A stretch of DNA of 18,590 nucleotides, from contig JAGWDQ010000142.1 of the NCBI GenBank assembly GCA_018260615.1, forward strand, positions 1 to 18,590, in the 5' to 3' direction. A model generated the notes under the pieces. The model was not told the origin of the DNA. It ran no database searches and saw nothing but the letters and a program-made list of their open reading frames with translations. Positions 14,023 through 18,590 of this stretch are shown here, in pieces (within the stretch, counting starts at the first letter, position 1; each line of letters starts with the position of its first letter). Origin of the DNA: Candidatus Altarchaeum sp. Lineage in GTDB: Archaea; Altiarchaeota; Altiarchaeia; Altiarchaeales; Altiarchaeaceae. Position numbers and translations under genes: made by a program.

Positions 14023-14174
14023 TAGGGCGTCCTAACACTTGAAAAAACCACCTGCTTACTGGTGCCGATTAACGAGTTTTTACCTTAAAAACCCACAAAA
14101 TATGCTGGTTTCAAAAAAAACCAATATCGTTTGATTGGGTTCGGGGTGGTTTTTTGGAGCATTAGGACGCCCTA
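14023..14174. mobile_element. MITE with 30-bp imperfect TIRs and TA termini (possible TA target duplication; IS630/IS5-like)
   Basis: TAGGGCGTCCTAA at 14023-14035 and TTAGGACGCCCTA at 14162-14174 are perfect. The repeat extends to 26/30 through AAAAAACCACC/GGTGGTTTTTT. Confidence 0.8.
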
Positions 14175-14290
14175 TTAGTAAAAGCAATAACAATATCAAA
14201 TGGCAACGAAATAGCTACAATGAAATTAATATCTATTGACAAAGATATGGTATAAACAAAATATCTCCGATTAATATATTTACACGTAAA

Positions 14291-14839
14291 ATGGCAACAA
14301 ATAAAAAAATAGATTTTAAACCTTCGCATGGTTTGTGGGATACAATAACAGCAGTATTTCTTGTGGTGGTTGCATTTAGCATGGCATATGTTTCTATAGT
14401 AAATAGTAACTTGTCTCTTTTTGTTTTTACTCTTATTTTCACCGCGTATCTGCTTTTTCAAATTTATCACACATATTACACCCTTACAGACAGTTTAATA
14501 ATTTTTAGGTTGGGCAACATAAAAATAGGTGTCCCTATAAACAATATTAAAAATTTAAAAATAATGAATGGAAACATAACAAAAACATTTAGCGAAGCGT
14601 GCAAAGATAATTATTGGTATACAATTCCCTTAGGTTGTTTTATGGTGATACCCGGATGCAGAACTATTTTTGTTGCAGTTCATTATAAAAATAAACCAAT
14701 ACTAATTGAATTGAAAACTCCGGTAAAATTTTTAGGTATAATGGACATCCATAAAATTGTAATCAATGTAGATGAACCAAAAGAATTTGTTAGTGAAGTT
14801 TTAGATTTGCAAAGTAACAAACAAATTAACAAAATTTAA
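14291..14839 (+). CDS. Hypothetical membrane protein (two N-terminal TM helices, possible bacterial PH-like domain)
   Basis: Two hydrophobic helices are followed by TYYTLTDSLIIFRLG...IPINNIK.L, a pattern typical of bPH-type domains. Confidence 0.7.
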   Translation: MATNKKIDFKPSHGLWDTITAVFLVVVAFSMAYVSIVNSNLSLFVFTLIFTAYLLFQIYHTYYTLTDSLIIFRLGNIKIGVPINNIKNLKIMNGNITKTFSEACKDNYWYTIPLGCFMVIPGCRTIFVAVHYKNKPILIELKTPVKFLGIMDIHKIVINVDEPKEFVSEVLDLQSNKQINKI

Positions 14840-14974
14840 TGTTTGCTGTAGAAATGCCAGATATTATCCAATAGCCCATTGCACAAATAAAATCGTTGGA
14901 TTTTACAAAATGATATCTATATCTTAGATATTCATATGCGTCAACTTAAGATTTTCAGGCGTTTGAAATTTCTG

Positions 14975-15325
14975 TCCGAATAATTGCTTACTATCCGAAT
15001 AATTGCTTACTATTTTCAAAAACGAAGTTTTTGAAAATCTCCGAACGATATCAAAAATGCTTCAAGCATTTTCAAATCATAGAGATTTGAAAATCTCCGA
15101 ACGAAGTGAGGTGATTTTTGAATATCCCAAAAACCTTGAAGGTTTTTACGATAGTGAGGTGATTGGCAGGACTTATGATTTTTGTTATTTACGAACGAAG
15201 TGAGTAAATATCCGAACGAAGTGAGGTTATTTTCAAACTTGTTTGAAAATATACTGAAAACTATAAGTTTTCAATCTTTAAAAATGCTTGTAGCATTTTT
15301 AAATGAGAGCGAAGCGAACTTATTT
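14975..15325. repeat. Large mosaic palindromic repeat cluster (REP/BIME-like)
   Basis: A perfect 19-bp tandem duplication (14975-15012) is followed by about 7 AT-rich hairpins, e.g. TTTTCAAAAAC-gaa-GTTTTTGAAAA and TTTAAAAATGCT-tgt-AGCATTTTTAAA. They are linked by CGAACGAAGTGAG motifs near 15098, 15192 and 15212. Confidence 0.8.
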
Positions 15326-15416
15326 TCCTTAAGCTGACGCCAATGATTTATTAATAAAAAAATAATTTATTTAGAAGTAATGTATAATTAGTAGAGAAAT
15401 TATGTAAAAACGAAAA

Positions 15417-15638
15417 ATGTATTCCGCAAAACAAAAAAAAGGGGTTTGTGTATCCGAGGAGGAGTATAGAATTCTTAAAAAATTTCTTTCTCCGCAAAAA
15501 ATAAATGAAGATGATAACGACAATTTTTTAATTAATGAACTTGCTGAAGAAGGATTAATACGATTAGGGACTAATTTTAAGGATTGGTGTGGAACAGCCA
15601 GAACAACTGAATTAGGAAGGCGAATGATTGGAGAATAA
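15417..15638 (+). CDS. Small hypothetical protein (73 aa), possibly winged-helix-like
   Basis: ATG start and normal composition. The EEEYRILKK...LINELAEEGLIRLG helix-wing pattern is suggestive only. Confidence 0.55.
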   Translation: MYSAKQKKGVCVSEEEYRILKKFLSPQKINEDDNDNFLINELAEEGLIRLGTNFKDWCGTARTTELGRRMIGE

Positions 15639-15773
15639 GAATATCTTCTTTTTATTATTCTTCTTGTATTTTGTCCTAGCAAAACTCTTGTGAAAAAATG
15701 TCAAAAGAGAATTCAGAAAATCAAAAACAAAAATGAAAGGATGTAAATTTTCTTTTTCAATATCTTTATCCAA

Positions 15774-16808
15774 ATGCTCACTATCGGAATAGATGCAGGA
15801 ACATCAAAATGGGCAATTTCCGTTCTTGAAGAATACAAAGAAAAAGGAAAAACAAAGACAAAATTTAAATTTGAGACAACAATTCCCACAAAAGAAGTTA
15901 AAAGCAATGTCAATGAGGTAATAAATTTAATTGAAAATTTTAATGCCGACTGCATAACTCTTCCATCGGGATACGGATTGCCTTTAAAACACATTTCCGA
16001 ACTGAATGATGGTGATTTGTTTAAAATTTCTCTTAAAAATAAAGACGAGAAAGAATCCATCGGAATCAGGAAATTTTTGAGCGAAGCAAAGAAAAGAAAA
16101 TTTAACGCATATATTATTCCTTCCGTAAAGCACCTTCCAACTATTGAAAATTTTAAAAAGGTTAATGTGGTGGATTTAGGAACTTCTGATAAATTATGCT
16201 CTGCAATTTATGCTTTGTCCTTATCAAAAAATTTTAAGGTGGAAAAATTTATCCTTGCCGAAATCGGATACGGGTTTAACGCTTTTCTGAAAATTTGTGA
16301 CGGGAAAATTTGTGACGGCATCGGAGGAACAATTGCATCATCGGGATTTTTGGCACACGGAAAGATAGACAAAGAAATAATAAATAACCGGAAGGTTGAG
16401 AAATTTTCAGGCGGTGTTTTGAGTGTAATAAAGCAAAAAGTCACTCCGGAAGAATTTTTCAAAAATTATAAAAAGTCAGAAAACGGAGTCATTGCCTACA
16501 ACTATTTTATAGACGGGCTCATTAAGGATATTTCTGCATTGTCGGATTCAAAAATTTCAAAAATTTATCTGTGCGGGAAAATTTCAGGATTTGTGGAAGG
16601 TGAAATTAAAGGAGGAATGGAAAGAAAATTCGGAAGAATATTTGTGACTAAAAACATTGAAAAAACCGGAAAACTGAATTGGAGTTCTGCAAGCAGGGGA
16701 GGTGCGATTCTGGCAAACGGAATTAACGGGGGAAAATTTAAAAATTTAACTGACCGGATGGAAATTAAGGATGCAAAGGGGGATATTTTTGATTATATTT
16801 TCGTTTGA
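15774..16808 (+). CDS. DUF1464 family protein (ASKHA fold, predicted butyrate-kinase-like)
   Basis: Motifs IGIDAGT, LPSGYGLPL, IPSVKHLPTI, DLGTSDKLCS, EIGYGF, DGIGGT and ASRGGAILANG. Confidence 0.85.
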   Translation: MLTIGIDAGTSKWAISVLEEYKEKGKTKTKFKFETTIPTKEVKSNVNEVINLIENFNADCITLPSGYGLPLKHISELNDGDLFKISLKNKDEKESIGIRKFLSEAKKRKFNAYIIPSVKHLPTIENFKKVNVVDLGTSDKLCSAIYALSLSKNFKVEKFILAEIGYGFNAFLKICDGKICDGIGGTIASSGFLAHGKIDKEIINNRKVEKFSGGVLSVIKQKVTPEEFFKNYKKSENGVIAYNYFIDGLIKDISALSDSKISKIYLCGKISGFVEGEIKGGMERKFGRIFVTKNIEKTGKLNWSSASRGGAILANGINGGKFKNLTDRMEIKDAKGDIFDYIFV

Positions 16809-16837
16809 ATGCGTTTTGTTTATTATAAAAAGCAAAA

Positions 16838-18307
16838 TTATAGCAAAAGTAAATATCTCAAAGGAACTTTAACAATTGAATCATTTACCAATTCTAATTT
16901 TTCACTCCCGAAAATTATGCTGTATTTTCCGTTTACTTTTTTCTGTGTATTTATAACCTGCCCAATATCTTCTTTATTAAATCCGACTTCTATTACAATC
17001 TTACTTCGGTCATTCATCGTTAAAACGAAATCCGCCCCGCCCTCTGCAGAGTCATAAGAAATATCAGAAGCAAATTTATCCTTCAAATCTTCCATATAAA
17101 TCAAAGCAAAATAATCTTCAAGTTTTTTGCCTTCAATTCCCGGAAGATAATAGTTATTTAATATGGCTCCTCTCAAAGATGGCGTTATAAAAAGAAGTTT
17201 TGGTGTTTTTCTTGTGCTTCCATAAGCCACTCCATAAGCTTTCATTTTCACTATTATCCCACTCATTACTAAAACATCAATTAATGATTCAAGTGTTTCG
17301 TTTCTTCCGATTCCTAAGGTTTTATTTAGTTTGTCGTAACTAATCACATCTGACTTTGCTAAAAGATAAAGTAATTCGCTGATTTTCGCAATGGTATGAG
17401 TCTTGAAGTTTTGAAGGGTAACAACATCCTTTATAATAACTCCATCTATGATGGTTTTGATTTTTTCCATTGCTTTTTGTTTGTTTTCAATTTTTATTGT
17501 TGAAGGAAAGCTCCCTGATTCAAAAAAATCCTTCTCAGATTGAAAGGGAACTGATTCCACAAAAAATCTTCGTATTTCTTTTGATTTTATCTCTAATTTT
17601 TTAAAGACATCTGTTGCATTAGAAGAATTGAATAACGCATCTTGAAGATAGCCGGATAATCCCGATGTTGGAAATTTGTTATATTTTAAAATTAAATACT
17701 CGCTAAATTTCATCGGATAAATTTCCTGAACATCTGTTCTTCTTCCAATGTCAGGAATCATATTTATTTGCAAAGCAGACGAACCTGTTGCTATTATCAA
17801 AATATCCCTGTGTCCCCTGGTTCTGTCAAAGATTGTTTTTAGAAACAAACCCCAATCTTCGTCAAAATGAACTTCATCAAGTAATATCAAAATCTTTTTT
17901 TGCGGATTTTCAAAATGAAATCCCTTAACTTCTTCATAAAAATTAAAGAAATCCTTTAAAGATACTTTCTCAAATCTGAGTTGGCTGACATCTATGAACA
18001 CTCTTTCATCCAGCTTGCCAATATTTTCTAAAATTCTTTCATCTTTCGGTTTCAGGAATTTCTCGAACTTATATATTTGAGATAAAAGTGTGCTTTTACC
18101 AATACCTCTAATTCCCGGCATCAGGATAATTTTCTCTGTTTCTAATAATTCGTTGTTTAAAAATTTTTCAAAAATTTTTTTAAATTTTGCAAAAATAAAT
18201 CTTGTTGGCAATATCCTTTTATTTTCATCATAAATATATCCGTCAATCCTCTGCGGCAAATTTGCCTGCCACTTAACATAAAAATCCTCAATATTTGTTT
18301 TGTCCAT
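16838..18307 (-). CDS. AAA_14 / DUF4143 ATP-binding protein
   Basis: Walker A GIRGIGKS, Walker B LLDEVH, ATGSS, GRR...EIYPMKFSEY, and a C-terminal KL.F and ADFVL...IVIEV (DUF4143-like). Confidence 0.88.
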   Translation of the reverse strand: MDKTNIEDFYVKWQANLPQRIDGYIYDENKRILPTRFIFAKFKKIFEKFLNNELLETEKIILMPGIRGIGKSTLLSQIYKFEKFLKPKDERILENIGKLDERVFIDVSQLRFEKVSLKDFFNFYEEVKGFHFENPQKKILILLDEVHFDEDWGLFLKTIFDRTRGHRDILIIATGSSALQINMIPDIGRRTDVQEIYPMKFSEYLILKYNKFPTSGLSGYLQDALFNSSNATDVFKKLEIKSKEIRRFFVESVPFQSEKDFFESGSFPSTIKIENKQKAMEKIKTIIDGVIIKDVVTLQNFKTHTIAKISELLYLLAKSDVISYDKLNKTLGIGRNETLESLIDVLVMSGIIVKMKAYGVAYGSTRKTPKLLFITPSLRGAILNNYYLPGIEGKKLEDYFALIYMEDLKDKFASDISYDSAEGGADFVLTMNDRSKIVIEVGFNKEDIGQVINTQKKVNGKYSIIFGSEKLELVNDSIVKVPLRYLLLL

Positions 18308-18373
18308 TTTAATAGCTATTACAATAGGAATTGAAATTATGTTTAAACCCTATTACAATAGGAATTGAAATTA
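18307..18373 (+). repeat. Two CRISPR-repeat-like units in tandem without a spacer
   Basis: Perfect 24-bp repeat CTATTACAATAGGAATTGAAATTA at 18316-18339 and 18350-18373. The second unit reads GTTTAAACCCTATTACAATAGGAATTGAAAT (18341-18371), with a CCTATT/AATAGG stem and an ATTGAAA end. Confidence 0.55.
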
Positions 18374-18590
18374 CATATAAATAAACAACCAATGTTTTGT
18401 GTCCAATTTAAGATAATGGAAAAATTTATGAAATTTAAAATTCGCTTCATCCGAATGAATTTTTGCCGAGTATATTAGGTAAAAATTTAAGATTTTACCG
18501 AATATATTAGGAATTATTCAAATATCATATTAATTTATACTTCACAACTTCACTGATTGAGCTTTTTCAAATTTCTGAAATCGCAATGTT

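Noticed and set aside
15003-15203. ORF 15003-15203
   Set aside because: It lies entirely within the palindromic repeat cluster.
5624-17057. Remaining short antisense or nested ORFs (e.g. 5624-5842, 7000-7200, 8088-8444, 9654-9941, 10912-11229, 12399-12704, 14162-14470, 15371-15682, 15713-16060, 16208-16462, 16809-17057)
   Set aside because: They are shadows of well-supported genes on the other strand or frame and have no motifs.
18461-18511. Direct repeat TTTT(G/A)CCGA(G/A)TATATTAGG at 18461 and 18493
   Set aside because: Only two short copies near the window edge. It could be an operator, but there is no supporting evidence here.

Overview
AT-rich archaeal DNA. Top6B, an HVO_2753-type zinc finger, TsaC and DUF1464 together with low GC suggest an Altiarchaeota-like genome; that taxonomy is inference only. 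Core genes are hom (1497-2504), tsaC/sua5, a small Zn finger, top6B, DUF1464 and an AAA_14/DUF4143 ATPase. The main signal is an integron-like cassette array between hom and tsaC (about 2684-10564) with no integrase in the window. It has three attC-type hairpins (3520-3605, 4804-4891, 10481-10564) and two homologous attI-like platforms ending at GTT sites 2994 and 4196. The 5' end of each gene-bearing cassette is the reverse complement of the left flank of its own attC, which fixes the cassette borders. The cassettes are: (1) a 605-bp cassette with a nucleoside-deoxyribosyltransferase/TIR-like gene, (2) an ORF-less 597-bp segment, (3) a 689-bp cassette with a membrane-anchored protein, and (4) a 5673-bp cassette with four enzymes: a divergent long-form AGE epimerase, a GSA-like class III aminotransferase, a class II CCA/poly(A)-type nucleotidyltransferase lacking its templating motif, and a GlgM/GlgA-type GT4. 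An IS1 remnant ends the array. Other features include an unannotated 49-aa ORF plus PIN gene coupled to hom, three MITEs, an IS200/IS605-type hairpin pair, a mosaic palindromic repeat family (one copy in frame inside a truncated DUF1016_N gene), and a CRISPR-repeat-like tandem without a spacer. No rRNA or tRNA genes were recognised. All family calls come from motif recognition, not database searches.
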